Assembly: GCA_030390025.1 (NCBI GenBank)
Contig: CM059431.1
Location: forward strand, 123,072,001-123,136,000
Length of the DNA stretch: 64,000 nucleotides
From: Squalus acanthias
Lineage: Eukaryota
Direction: 5' to 3'
In this document: positions 1 to 11,763 of the stretch, in pieces
Layout: each line of letters begins with the position of its first letter
How positions within the stretch are numbered: the stretch's first letter is position 1
Position numbers and translations under genes: made by a program
The notes under the pieces: model-generated
Databases searched by the model: none
Told to the model about the DNA's origin: nothing
What the model saw: only the letters and a program-made list of their open reading frames with translations

Positions 1-24
1 GAGCTGCAAATCCCAATGCTACAA

Positions 25-140
25 AGTATTTACAGCACAGAAGCAGGCATTTTGGCCCAATAGATCCATGCCGGTGCTATGCTGCACAAGAGTCTCCTCC
101 CACCCTGCTTCATCGAACCCCATTAACATATCCTTCTCCC
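25..140 (-). mobile_element. CR1 LINE 3' UTR fragment
   Basis: Reverse complement resembles the CR1 3' ends at 42620-42730 and 53280-53390 (GAAGGATATG...GGCATGGA...TTGGGCCAAAATGCCTGCTTCTGTGCTGTA). Confidence 0.5.
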
Positions 141-600
141 CATCTGACTGCTGCCATCAGTTGGACAGAGATATAGCGACTGGCCCTGGCAAATAACGCA
201 TCGGTCACCTGACTGATGCGTTTGTGGGTGTCTAATTGCAACACCCTCGATATGGCCCCTGTAGCAGCCTGGAATGATCCAGAGGCGTAAAAGTTCAGGT
301 CACTTTCAATGCCACTGCCACGGCATGGCTGCCAGTCCCAACAGGCAGGGTATCTTCCTCAAGGAGGCTGCCGAGGTCCGCGACCACCTGCTTTGACAAT
401 CTGAGCCTGCTGAATTACTGCTCTTCAGACAGGTCAAGGAAGCTGAGCCTCTGTCTGTGCACCCTGTGAGCATACCCGCTCTGTTGCTGCCTTCTCTGTG
501 GCCCACCTGAATATCCTTCTTTAGCACGCCCTTGCTGCTGCTGCTGCTCTTCCTCCTTCTCCTCCTCACTCCAGTAGAGTATAGCTGGAGCAGCAACCAT
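141..600 (-). pseudogene. Harbinger transposase (HARBI1-like) 5' fragment, frameshifted
   Basis: Minus strand reads ...AVALKV..LNFYASGSFQAATGAISRVLQLDTHKRISQVTDALFARASRYI, matching the transposase at 6510-7861, preceded by an E/Q-rich N-terminus. Confidence 0.8.
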
Positions 601-1616
601 CATCAGCTTCTTGGATTTTTCTCAGAAGATTATCAAAAACACAACCCAAAACAAACAGTGATCACAGAATCACCGCTCACAATGAAGTGAAAGAGCACCT
701 GTGAGTGTAGCCACTTTATTCAAATCGTACCCCCTGTACTTTCAGCACTGTGATCAATCAGCATCCAATCCACCAGGGTTCCCCTCGCAACCTTGCCGTC
801 CTGCGTGAAACCCATGCTGCATACGTTAAAATCACATTGGGGTCCTAATTTCATCATAGGACCCCGATTTACACGAGCTTTCCACCTCTCTACAGCAGGA
901 GTCACGTCAAACACGATACTCGCCGTGGTTAATATTACGTTGGTGGTAGGATCGCCATTTCCGACCATCCTGCCTGTCGTGGGAGGGGAGATTCAAACTG
1001 AGGCCAAAATTTCTGTACCAGAGAAACAGGTGGAAAATTGGCAGTCATTTTATTTTAAAAATTACATTGAATGATTGATATAGATCTGTACCTAAAACCT
1101 GCCATGTCAAAGTTAACATCTGGGCCTAGACATTCAATGGCGTGCACCCATTTTCTAGGTGCCAAACGGGCGCCTAAGCATCCAATGTGGCGGGCGGGGA
1201 GCATGCGCTCATTACATGCCAGAAGTATGCCGCCTGCCATATTAGTGAAGGCAGAAAAATAGGGAGCCAAGGCCCACACCTTAAACAGGCATCAGTTCCT
1301 TTGCATATGCAAGTCGGGGGCTTAACGGGCTGCCCTGAACGCAGCTGACACCAGGCTGGCTGCATTCAGGAAAATATGGTCTACACGTAGCCAAACCTTA
1401 AAGGGACCGCTGCAGGCCGCCACCAAAATTAAGTTTTAAAAAAATACTTACTTCATTGTGAAGCCGGGAGGTGCGGATGTGCTCCACATTCATGTAAGTA
1501 CTTTTTTTTAAATGCTTTGTATTTGGCAAAAGATGCAATAGTTCAGATTGCAATTTATTTGTCTTTAAGCTCTGTGTCAATTTACAATTAGATTCCAGTC
1601 CTGTGGAAGAATCTTT

Positions 1617-2322
1617 GGGGGAAAAATTGGGTTGATTTGCGCCTCTCATTAGTGCCCACGGGGGGGCGCTAACCGGGCTCAAATGCCCTAGCGCCCGGTC
1701 ACGGCGCCGCTAATGCCTCCCGCGAAATTCAGCGGCAGGTTAGAGGCAGTGGTAACCGGTAGTGCCCCGCGATGATGTTATCGCCGTGCGCGGCGCCCCG
1801 CTTGCGCCCCGGCCACAGACTTCCCTTGCGCCCTTGACCTATCGCCGAACGACATGTCCGACAGGGTCAGGGGGCGTTTTTGCAGTGGCGGTGGCGGTAG
1901 TTATAGGGGCAGGTGTCGGGCGGCCATTTTTTTGGGGCCGACTGCCAGCACCTGCCCCCTTTCCCTTTTTTTCAGGGTGCCGGCCACGATCGCTCAGTCC
2001 GGCACTCCTCTTGAGTGCCGGCCTGTTTTCACAGCACCCCGCACCCCGGTGGTCCAGCAGGGCCCCGGTGCATGCAGCGCTAAGCCCCTCCCCTTTAATC
2101 AGAGGAGGGAGGCGTGCAATGATGCAGCGCTACGTGCCGATGCGCGTGGAGCTGTTGCACATAGTGCCGCGATCTTCAGTAGTAGCGCCCCAGGAAGGAG
2201 GTGGAGTGCTTCCAGTAGTGCTCCCCCTCCTGCTTGGGGCGCTACTACTGAATTTCCGGCAGAGGGGCGCTAACTTTTTCGACATTAGCGCCCCAAAAGG
2301 GGCAGCACCTAATTTTTCCCCC
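1617..2322. mobile_element. Harbinger MITE (GC-rich, TAGCGCC-motif family)
   Basis: TIR GGGGGAAAAATTGGGT / ACCTAATTTTTCCCCC; flanks TTT/TTA; homologous to 4171-4838 and 10800-11072. Confidence 0.85.
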
Positions 2323-2325
2323 TTA

Positions 2326-2447
2326 GAATTGAAACGCCAACTGAGTGACTTTTGTTTCTCCGCAGTTGCTGACTGACCTGCTGAGTATTTTCAGCTGTTT
2401 CTGTTTTCGTTTTCCGATTTCCAGCGTCTGCAGTATATTGCTTTTTG
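2326..2447 (+). mobile_element. Penelope-like element terminal repeat fragment with the 3' half of a degenerate hammerhead
   Basis: GAAACGCCAACTG followed by TGCTGACTGACCTGCTGAGTATTTTCAGC...GATTTCCAGCGTCTGCAGTATATTGC, the reverse complement of 19914-20045. Confidence 0.7.
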
Positions 2448-4170
2448 CCGATATAATTACAAGTCTTGCATATAGCACATTACACACTAAACAGGGTGAC
2501 ACATTGGACCCAGATCTTCAGAGATTTTAGGGGCAATTTGGGTGTGTGTTGAAAGTCATTCTGCCAGTTCCACAGTCTCTGCCACCACTTCTGGGATTTC
2601 CCAAAGGAGGTGGCGGTGGGTGCTGAAAATAACCTTTTATATATCAAATTAAATGTTAACAACACAAATACGTCCAATATAGTTTCCATCATTAAAGCCT
2701 TAGCAATGCTTGGCATTGGGAACGTCGTTACATTCCTGCCATCCAGGCAGTGGAAGGGGGGGGGGGAGTGGGTTAAAATGTAAAGTCGAGTACAGAATAT
2801 TACACTTGATGAAACCTGAAGGAACACCATAGTAAAGGCAGCAGCAACCTCATCCTCCCCCACCTGAGGTGTGCCACCTGAGAGGACAGCAATACTGTGG
2901 GCAGCCTGCCACAAATATTGCAATTAGCCTGACTCCAAGGTCAGGCCACAGGAGGGCACTGATCTGGTAAGATTATGCCTGGCCCCGGATCAGAACATCC
3001 AGGCCATTAAATCAGTCTGTAGCAGGGAAAAACAACAACATCTTGCATTACAATAGCGCCTTTAACAGAGTAAAATGAATCAAGTGTCACTCAAGTGTGT
3101 TTAGGGGATTGTATTCTGCGAATCTATGTATTCGAATTAGGACCATTGATTTACGATGACTGAATAAGTTCCATTTAGATTTGCTGCATGGAAATATTTG
3201 ATTTCATAGAATTTTTACTAGTGTTTTGAGGTTTTTATTCTGCAACTCCCTCCATCTACGATTACGGGTAAGGTAGTTCGCTGACATTGCAGTTCACTAC
3301 TTTGGGAGGTGAGGTTCACTGCTTCGGGGCTGTTTCACATTCTTATTTGTGAGCAGTGAATAATTTGTGTCCTTTGGTAGGAATTTTGAACTTTTGTTTT
3401 TCTTTTGTTGCAACGCCTCTTATCAAGGGATGCAGCAACTAATTATTGTAATTTTTCTAATCACCATCTCGGTAATAAGCAATTCTCTAATCACCTTCTA
3501 AATCTGTGTACAGGAAAGGGAGTACTTTGCACAGGCCTAAGTGCTTGTGTAAGCTTTTAAATCAAATATTAGGGGATCTTAGCCGAGTGTTGTCACTCAG
3601 GGATGCTGGTTGGCAACCAAGCTGAGGTTACTGGTGGGGCTCTGGTAAACAGATTGAACATTGGCTGGGAACTGAGGTACCATGTGTGCAAAGATCTGAA
3701 AGGTCACATGTGTCACAAAGGGAAGAAGTTGCTTCTATTTTCCTACTGCAAAACCAGGCACTTGACCTTTTATATGTGCAATCTGTATTATAATCTGCCA
3801 GTCGTTTATTGTCTTTTAGCACAAAAACATCGCTCTCTTTTTCTCAAGTAGAGGAGTCCAGCTGGATAGAGTTAAAGCAATTGCTTTATTCAGCCAAACA
3901 GGTGGCTTGATCGAGACCAGGCCAATGCTGCCAGCTTGAACATGAGATGGGCAGACTGTCACAGTCAGAAATTCGGCATTTTCTGAGGAGACCCAATGTC
4001 ACAGATATCAAAATCTAAGTTTAACTGACCTATATTACAAACCGTGTTACAACTTCCTGTTTTTAACCCATAGTATTTTTTGTTTTAATTTTAAGCACCG
4101 GTTAAACATTAATATTCTATTTTTCACTTCTTTCTAAGTTTCCATTATGGTTAAAGATAAAATACACAAT

Positions 4171-4838
4171 GGGGGAAGAATTGGGCTGCTTTGTGCCTCC
4201 CGTTAGCTCCCTAAGAGGGCGCTAACAGGATGCAAAGTAACTAGCGCCCGGGCACGGAGCCGCCCACGCCTCTCGCAAAATTCAGCGGGAGGTTAGCGGC
4301 GGCGCTAACCGGTAGTGCCCCGGGGCGCTGCGCTGCTGGCAATGTGCTCGTGCCCTGGCCGCAATCTTCGGGAGAGCCCCATGACTTACCGGCGGACGCT
4401 ATGTCCGACGGGGTCAGGGGTGCCTACCTGCGGCCAGGGAGGCGCAATGTAAAGGCGAGGTGCGGGGCGGCCATTTTTGTTGCTGACCGCCTGCCAGCAC
4501 CTGCCTGTGCTCCCATCCCCGGCCTTCTGAACGCCCCCCGCCCCCCCCCCCCCCCCGGCTGTGCTCCAAGAGCCCGGCACTTCTCTTGAGTGTCGGGCTC
4601 TTTTGCCGGCACTCCCGATCCCCGGGGGCCCAGCTGGGCCCCGGGTCGCGCTGCGGAAGGCCCCTCCCCTTTAAGAAGGGGAGGAAGGCCTGCAATACCC
4701 CGGAGCGGCGTGCCCCAGAGCGTGGCACTGCGGCAAGTAGCGCCGCGATATTGACTTGTAGCGCCCCAAGAGGGATGTGGGGCGCTTCCAGTAGCGCCCC
4801 AGCGAAGTTAAGATGGGACGCTAATCAATTTTTAGCCC
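4171..4838. mobile_element. Harbinger MITE (same family as 1617-2322)
   Basis: [16 protein letters not shown] / CAATTTTTAGCCC; flanks AAT/AAC; colinear with 1617-2322. Confidence 0.8.
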
Positions 4839-5009
4839 AACATATTTTGCAAAAATCAGGCAAATAATATTTGGTCTAAACAGGTTTCTGTGTGAGACTG
4901 ATTACAGCAGTTCCTTACCAGGAACAGATTGTCCCATCTATTTATAATCTGGGTTTTACAGCTAGGAGCAAAAAATATAAAAGTTAAGAGAACAACAAAA
5001 AATAAAAAT

Positions 5010-5230
5010 AAACATGCAAATGATAGAAATCTGAAATAGAAACCGAAAATGCCCAGAAATACACAGCTGGTCAGTCAACATCGGTAAAAAGAAAAGACAG
5101 CTTAACATTCAGGTATAAACTGCTTCTTTAGAACTGAAAACCAAAAGAGAATCAAGTCCATTTGTAGGATTGGAGAGAGAAAAACGAAGAGAAGGAAGGA
5201 AAGCTGTAAATCACAGAGGGAAAGCTAATA
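5010..5230 (-). mobile_element. Degenerate Penelope terminal repeat
   Basis: GCAAATGATAGAAATCTGAAATAG...TTAACATTCAGGT...TTTAGAACTG is a decayed copy of 20243-20374. Confidence 0.55.
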
Positions 5231-5354
5231 GGTTGAATGCTCAGTTTAATAGAAAAGTAGGAACCTGTTAGATAGTACAAAAGATCATCATAACCTTGAA
5301 CATAACTCTTACCTAATTGGAAATTGGGTGGAGTTCCATGATGGCACAGCTCCA

Positions 5355-5560
5355 CTTAATTTTTCAAAATGATTTCTGCCTTTGGAGGTGCTAGGATAAG
5401 TTGATAAGGCTGTTAAAAAAACAGTTATGGGATCTTAAGCTTTATAAATAGAGGCAAGGAAGTTAGGCTAAACCTTTATAAATTACAGGTTAGTCCTCAA
5501 CTGCAGTATTGGGTCCAACGCTCAGCACCACACTTTAGGAAGAATGTCAAGGCTTAGGAG
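5355..5560 (+). mobile_element. CR1 LINE ORF2 fragment
   Basis: GTTGATAAGGCTGTTAAAAAA...CTAAACCTTTATAAA...GCACCACACTTTAGGAAGAATGTCAAGG matches the CR1 at 42070-42240. Confidence 0.75.
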
Positions 5561-6124
5561 AGGATCCACTGTCTCTAAATTGTCAGACTGCTCGTCCGAC
5601 ATCCAGTACTGGATGAGCGGAAATTTCCTCCAATTAAATATTGGGAAGACCGAAGCCATTGTTTTCGGTCCCCGCCACAAACTCCGTTCCCGAGCCATCG
5701 ACTTCATCCCTCTCCCTAGCATCGGTCTGAGGCTGAGCCACACTGTTTGCAACCTTGGTGCCATATTTGACCCTGAAATGAGCTTTGGATCACATATCCA
5801 TGCCACAACTAAGACCACCTATTTCCACCTCCGTAACATCGGGGGTGATTTTCCCACTGGAGGCGAGATGGAGACGGGTTTCAGTTTGGGTGGGTTTGGA
5901 ACCCGCCTCCACTGATAGTTTTCAAAAATTTGCGATTTTCCCCTGATTGGCCACTTGATTTCAGAGGTGTGGGATGCTCTTGCTCAATTTGTCTTTTGGG
6001 GCTGAAACCCGCCTCTGCTGACATCACTTTTCAAGTCTGATTTTATGGCTTCTTGCTGCCTTGGCTCATTCCACAGGATTTCTGCCTATGCTGCACCACC
6101 TGCAACATATTCTGAGAAACCACT

Positions 6125-6310
6125 GTGTCCAATTCCAAGGCAAGGGCCTCCCCGAGGCTATCGGATGAGGTGCTACAAATATTGTTTGAGGGGGTGACAG
6201 CTAGCAGGGAGGTGCTCTTCCACTCATCTGGGAGGAAGAGGCCTCCCAAAGAAACCAAGTCTGTGTGGGCACAGCTGCCAAGGGATATAACCTCCAGATC
6301 TGTGTGCAGA
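6125..6310 (+). pseudogene. Harbinger Myb/SANT-like gene, truncated exon 1
   Basis: PRLSDEVLQILFEGVTASREVLFHSSGRKRPPKETKSVWAQLPRDITSRSVCR, homologous to 26900-27139; breaks off before WLQCRKRF. Confidence 0.85.
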
Positions 6311-6509
6311 TTGTTGTTTCTGTGTATTGATGAAATGCCATCCCTGTTGGAAAGCATTAAAATGATTTGATGCCAAAATGTTGGCGTTATGGTATCTGTT
6401 CTTTCGCCTTAGGCAGGTTAGTGCCCTGAGTGAAAGGAGGCCAGAGAGTCATGTCCATTGTCAATGATGTCTTAGGATGGAGCCAAGAACATGTGCCAAC
6501 TTGGGCAAC

Positions 6510-7861
6510 CTATGCAAATCTAGCCAGGATAAGTTCATCCCTTGCATTCCGGGCAGCCATGTGCTCGCGTGCTGCCGCTGCTGCTGGTTAATACACTCTG
6601 ACCTCCTCCTGCTCCTCCTCCTGCTGCTCCTCCACCTCCTCCAGATCCTCCTCCTCCTCAGCCTCCTCCTCTTCCTTCTCCTCCTCATCCTCATCTGAGG
6701 AGGGCTGGAACTGAGCCACTTGCTCCTCAGGAAGCTGCAAGCCATGACACTGTGCGATGTTATGCAGTGCACAGCAGACCACGACCATTCTGGAGACCCT
6801 GTATGGTGTATACTGCAGGGCTCCACCTGATCGGTCAAGGCAATGGAAGCGCATCTTCAACAACCCAATGGTTTGCTCGATGATGGACCTGGTCGAAGTG
6901 TGGCTGGCATTGTAGCGCTCTTCTGCCTCGTTAGTTGGCCTCCTGATCGGCGTCATTAGCCACTTCTTCAGGGGGTAGCCTTTGTCACCAAGGAGCCACC
7001 CGTTAAGTTGGCTTGGCGGATGAAAAGCAGAGGCACACTAGAGTGCCGCAGGATGAAAGAGTCATGGCAACTAGCACAGAACTTGGCGCAAACATGCAAG
7101 AACTCCTTCTTGTGGTTACACACCAGCTGTACGTTGAGGGAGTGGAAGTCCTTGTGGTTGACAAAGATAGCTGGGTTGTGATGGGGTGCCCTAAGGGCCA
7201 CATGTGTGCAGTCTATGACACCCTGCACCATTGGCATGCCTGCCGTATTTGCAAAACCAACCGAACGGGTGGTTATACTTGCTTGATCCCTTGAGAACTG
7301 GATGTAATTGTGGGCCTTAGCGGAAAGGGCATTGGTAACCTGCATGATGCAACTGTGGGCGGCCGACTGGGAGATGCCGCTGATGTCTGCTGATGATCCC
7401 TGGAAGGAGCCTGAGGCAAAGAAGTTGAGTGCAGTGGTGACTTTGACAGCCACTGGTAAGGGGTGTCCACCTGTTCCTCTGGGCACCAGGTCATTCTGCA
7501 GCAGTCCGCAGATCTTTCGGACCTCTCGCGAAAGTCTCAGCCTCATGTTGAGGTAGCTCATCCTCTGTCTGTAAACCCTCTGTCGGAGGTATCTCCTGCG
7601 GCGAGGTGCCTCGATGCGCCGGCGCCTTCTGCCCTGTGCAGCATCAGGTGGCTGAGCAGGAGGTTGGGGCTCCTGCTGCTGTTGCTGCTAAGCTACCTGA
7701 GCAGGAGGTTGGGGCTCCTGCTGCTGTTGCTGCTAAGCTGCCTGAGCAGGAGGTGGGGGCTCCTGCTGCTGTTGCTCCTGAGCTGCCTGGTTCTGCTGCA
7801 GCCGTGGATGCTCCTCATCCAAATCTGAGGTCCATGGTGAAATAAAATGAATGGTTCCCAT
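6510..7861 (-). pseudogene. Harbinger DDE transposase (HARBI1-like), near full length with stops and frameshifts
   Basis: MGTIHF start; LNFFASGSFQ; GVIDCTHV; HSLNVQLVC; HDSFIL; frameshifted [28 protein letters not shown]; acidic tail; ends AARNARDELILARFA* after a premature TAA at 6588. Confidence 0.95.
7654..7788. repeat. 45-bp tandem repeat x3 in the transposase N-terminus
   Basis: Unit GAGCAGGAGGTTGGGGCTCCTGCTGCTGTTGCTGCTAAGCTRCCT starting at 7654, 7699 and 7744. Confidence 0.9.
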
Positions 7862-8969
7862 GCTGCTTGCAGATGCCTCCGTTGGGGAAGCGCTCATTGC
7901 AAGCGGGGAGAGGGTCTTCCAAGGAGGTCCCACAGTTGATAGATTGAAGCTGCAGCACCTCCGACTTCGGAAGACCTTCTAAAAGTTCTCAAAGACCTTT
8001 TAAAGCAAAGTTGTGGCACCTGCAAGTAATCCCTGATGAAATAAATGATGTATTGTTGGACCTGCATCTGTGAGGAGACAACCCACGAGTCAACCCGTCA
8101 GGTTTAGCTGGCGTGGTTTAGGAGGGTCGTGGAACACGGCGAAATGCTCGAAAAATCACGAGGGCCTCTCAGAATAGGCTTAGAGAGGCCCTTAATGAAC
8201 ATTTAATGATCTTAACTAGCGCTATGGCCAGCGGGACCATTTCCCGACCTCCACAACCGGCACCGGCAAAATCCCGTGGAGGCGGGTTATGAACCCGCCC
8301 TCATTGTTTCTGATTTTCCCGCCTTTCCCGCCTCCAAACCTGCCTCCTCCTCGCATTGTCAGCCTCCACCCCTGCCTTAGCTCATCTGCTGCTGAAACCC
8401 TCATCCATGCCTTTGTTACCTCTAGACTTGACTATTCCAATGCTCTCCTGGCTGGCCTCCCATGTCCTACCCTATGTAAACTTGAGGTCATCCAAAACTC
8501 TGCTGTCCATGTCCTAACTCGCACCAAGTCCCGTTCATCCATCACCCTTGTGCTTGCTGACTTACATTGGCTCCTGGTTAAGCAATGCCTCGATTTTAAA
8601 ATTCTCATCCTTGTTTTCAAATCCCTCCATGGCCTCGCCCCTCCCTATCTCTGTAATCTTCTTCAGCCCCACAACTCCCCGATATCTGCGCTCCTCTAAT
8701 TCTGGCATCTTGAGCATCCCTGATTTTAATCGCTCAACCTTTGGTGGACGTGCCTTCTGTTGCCTCGGCCCTAAGCTCTGGAATTCCCTGCCTAAACCTG
8801 TCCGCCTCTCTATCTCTCTTTCCTCCTTTATGACGCTCCTTCAAACCTACCTCTTTGACCAAGCTTTTGGTCACCTGCCGTAATTTCTCCTTTTGTGGCT
8901 CGGTGTCAAATTTTGTTTTATGACACTCCTGTGAAGCACCTTGGGATGTCTTTAGTTAAGGATGCTCTC

Positions 8970-10000
8970 ACTCGGCATCTTGCACTATGGCTAACCAAAT
9001 CTGCTAACAGCAATTACTTACATGCACAACCCTAAAACCCCTTCATCCACTTTAACAAGTTGATACCCCACATATCTTACTTCAGCCCTCCCATGCCACT
9101 TAGCATACACTTTTGAATTGCTAGCCTTCCTCTCGTATACTCAATCTTCTTGTAGAAAATGGTGCACAATGCTCGGCAAAGGCAGGCAACTTGAGGGGGG
9201 ATCCTCACCTTTAAACCTTTCATTTCCTACATGGAGAAGGTCATGGGGCTCATGTGGCGGTACTCTGCTCTTACTGTGGGAAATAACAATCTTGGCAACA
9301 TATTTCCATTGCCAGGTTAGTGACTGAACACCTACCCTATTGCGCTGTGAATGCCACACAGAGAAAATCTTCCAGCCACCTCTCTATCTCCAATGGGGTG
9401 GTGCTCACCCAATTATAACTTCTGCCCTCCTGTCCTACAGATCCACCACAGCAATGGAGGGCCAAGGAGATGAGGGAGATGACAATCCATGAGTTCTGAA
9501 ACAGATCTCCTGCCCTGTGTTCTTCTGCCCCAAACCCCTCCAACTAGCCTCTTGCATCATTTGGTTCCACAGAATAAGGCACCAGCTCAGATTCCTTCTC
9601 TCAGTGGCATTTAGAAAGTGATCATGATGATGTGGAACCTTTCCAGCAGAGGTTAAAGGAAAATTTGCCTATGGCTTTGAAATCATGGGTACGGAGTGAA
9701 AAGAAGGAAGTTTGACGAACACCGCAACTGCATGGTGATCTGATCCCATCAGAAGTAGTGAGAACCGCGGAGTGAGACTGTTGGCAGAATGGCAAAAAAA
9801 AAATTGCAATGAATAAAAGGTTTCCCACCTACAGAAATCACAATTCAAGCTCTCCACACTCTTTAGGCTCAGAAACTCCTCACCTCCGCCTGCATCAGCT
9901 GATCCTGGCAGCTGCTGCAATGTACATATTTCAGTCTGAGAGGACGAATTTCCTTGCCAATTTCAGCACATTAGTCATGCAGGAAATGTTTTCCTTTTTA
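8970..10000 (+). pseudogene. Highly decayed Harbinger Myb gene exons 2-3
   Basis: tcttgtag|KMVHNARQRQAT*GG resembles exon 2 (EKRAHNKRERARTGG) of the younger copies. Confidence 0.4.
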
Positions 10001-10080
10001 AAAAATGTATCCATTCATGGGTTGTGGACATCGCTGGCAAGATCAGTATTTATTGCCCATCCATATTGCCCTTGAGAAGG

Positions 10081-11072
10081 TAAGCCACATGCACGTTCAT
10101 GCTGTTTGGCCCGGGTCATCGGGAAAGAGATCTACTGGCGTCTCCTTTTATACAGGGCATTTTTCATCTCCCGGATACAGCAATGGACAGTGAACTGGGA
10201 GATATTGGCGATGTCCCCAGTAGCTGCTTGAAAGGATCCAGTGGCATAAAAATTCAGAGCCACTGTCACCTTCACTGCCAGCAACAGAGACGTCCTGGTC
10301 CTCAGTTGAGGCTGCAGATCTGGTTGCAGCAGGTGGCAGAGCTCAGTGACCACCTCCTTGCTGAAACGCAGCCTTCGCAAACACAGCTCCTCAGGCAAAT
10401 GAATGTAGGAGAATTGTTCCCAGAATACTCTGGGAGGGTAAGGTCTCCTGTGCAGAGGCCTGTTGGCCCTCCTCCCTCTGGCCATGATTGTCACTCTCTC
10501 TCTGCGTCTCTGATGCCTCCGATTGTGCAGGTGCAAGATGACGCCCCGAATCAGTGCAGCCCCCAGAGTCTCTTCTAAATCGGTGCAAGGAAGGTCAAAT
10601 CAAAAAGAACCTGCAACGTGCTGCTCAGTAGCCAAAACTCCTTCACACAGCGTTGAATCTCTCCAGAAGTCTCTCTCTCTCTCAGAATCTCTCTCTCTCT
10701 CTCAGAATGCGTGGTGCAAAAATGTCTCCAACAAAAAAAGGCAGGAAGAGGGCGCCTTTAAATAGCGCTCCCCCAGACCCTTCCCAACTGTAAACGTTCC
10801 CCTCTACCTGTCGTTGCTAGCGGCAGGCGGAAAGGAAGGGGGCGCCACTCAATATCCAATCCGGGGCGCTACCGGGGCTTTGCACGCTCGACTGACGTCA
10901 CGATCTGCGGGCGCAGGAGATAGTGTCGGTAGACTTTAGCGGCGCCGCAAAAATTCTGGCCAATTTCGCGAGCGGCGCAAACATCGCTGCGCCCGGGTGT
11001 AGTTGCTTTGCGCCCCATTAGCACCCTCTTAGGGCGCAAACGGGAAGCGCTAATCAACCGAATTTTTCCCCC
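10081..11072 (-). mobile_element. Harbinger fragment: transposase 5' part plus terminus
   Basis: ORF 10132-10536 RRPYPPRVF...CLRRLRFSKEVVTELCHLL...VTVALNFYATGSFQAATGDIANISQ; ends in TIR CCGAATTTTTCCCCC of the TAGCGCC family. Confidence 0.85.
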
Positions 11073-11229
11073 ATAATTTTTTTTTCACAAAAATTAAATT
11101 TTCGTTTAAAATATTTAATTAAATGACATTTTAATTCATTTTAAATATGTCATTTTTTATTTTATTTCATGTGTTCGTGCATTTTTTAAGTGAGCCCCAT
11201 TCATACTAATGGGGATTCTGTATGGAACT

Positions 11230-11686
11230 GATCTTGATGGAGTCAAGCTGCAGCACCTCTGACTTCGGAAGGCCTTCTAAAAGTGCTCAGAGGCCTTTTA
11301 AAGCCAAGGTCTGGCACCTGCAAGTAAAGCTTGCTGCATTAAACAATGTCTTGTTAGACCTACAGCAGTGAGGCGGCCACCCACGAGTCAACCCGCCAGG
11401 TTTTCCTGGCGTGGTTCAGGAGGTGCGTGGAGCACGCCAAAATGCTGGAAAAATCACGACCACTTCTCAAAATAGGCTTAAAGAGGCCCATAACGAGCAT
11501 TTAAGGAGGTTAAATCGCGCAATGGCCAGCTGGAGGCGGGAATGTTTCCCGACTTCCAAAACCAGCACCGGCAAAATCCCGCGGAGGCGGGTTGGAGGCG
11601 GGTTCCAAACCCGACCTCTTTGAATCTGATTTTCCCGCCTTTCCCGCCTCCAAACCCGCCTTCTCCGACGTCACAAAATCACCCCC
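11230..11686. mobile_element. Harbinger terminal fragment (family of 5841-8350)
   Basis: Colinear with 7940-8350; ends with TIR CAAAATCACCCCC. Confidence 0.85.
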
Positions 11687-11763
11687 TACACTTCTAAAGT
11701 ATTCCATTGGTTGTAAAGCACTTTGGGACGTCCGGAGGATGTGAACGATGCTATAGAAATATT

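Larger units (their letters stand above)
5841..8350. mobile_element. Harbinger transposon keeping the transposase, Myb gene mostly deleted; right TIR missing
   Basis: Left TIR GGGGGTGATTTT at the L2 breakpoint. Right subterminal region matches 11230-11686, which ends in AAAATCACCCCC. Convergent Myb and transposase genes. Confidence 0.9.
5566..8965 (+). mobile_element. L2 LINE 3' portion split by a Harbinger (pieces 5566-5840 and about 8355-8965)
   Basis: LSDCSSDIQYWMSGNFLQLNIGKTEAIVFG...YFHLRNI continues after the insertion as LHPCLSSSAAETLIHAFVTSRLDYSNALLAG...GGRAFCCLGPKLWNSLP, a typical L2 ORF2 C-terminus. Confidence 0.9.

Noticed and set aside
1762..2376. 204-aa ORF as a gene
   Set aside because: Lies almost entirely within a GC-rich MITE, has no recognisable domain, and is not preserved in the sister copy at 4171-4838.
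6477..6698. Poly-Leu ORFs as membrane or signal peptides (also 7463-7828)
   Set aside because: They are antisense readings of the transposase's Glu/Gln-rich tracts.
6510..7861. Domesticated host gene HARBI1
   Set aside because: It has stops and frameshifts, a TIR, a Myb partner, and sits inside an L2, so it is a transposon copy.
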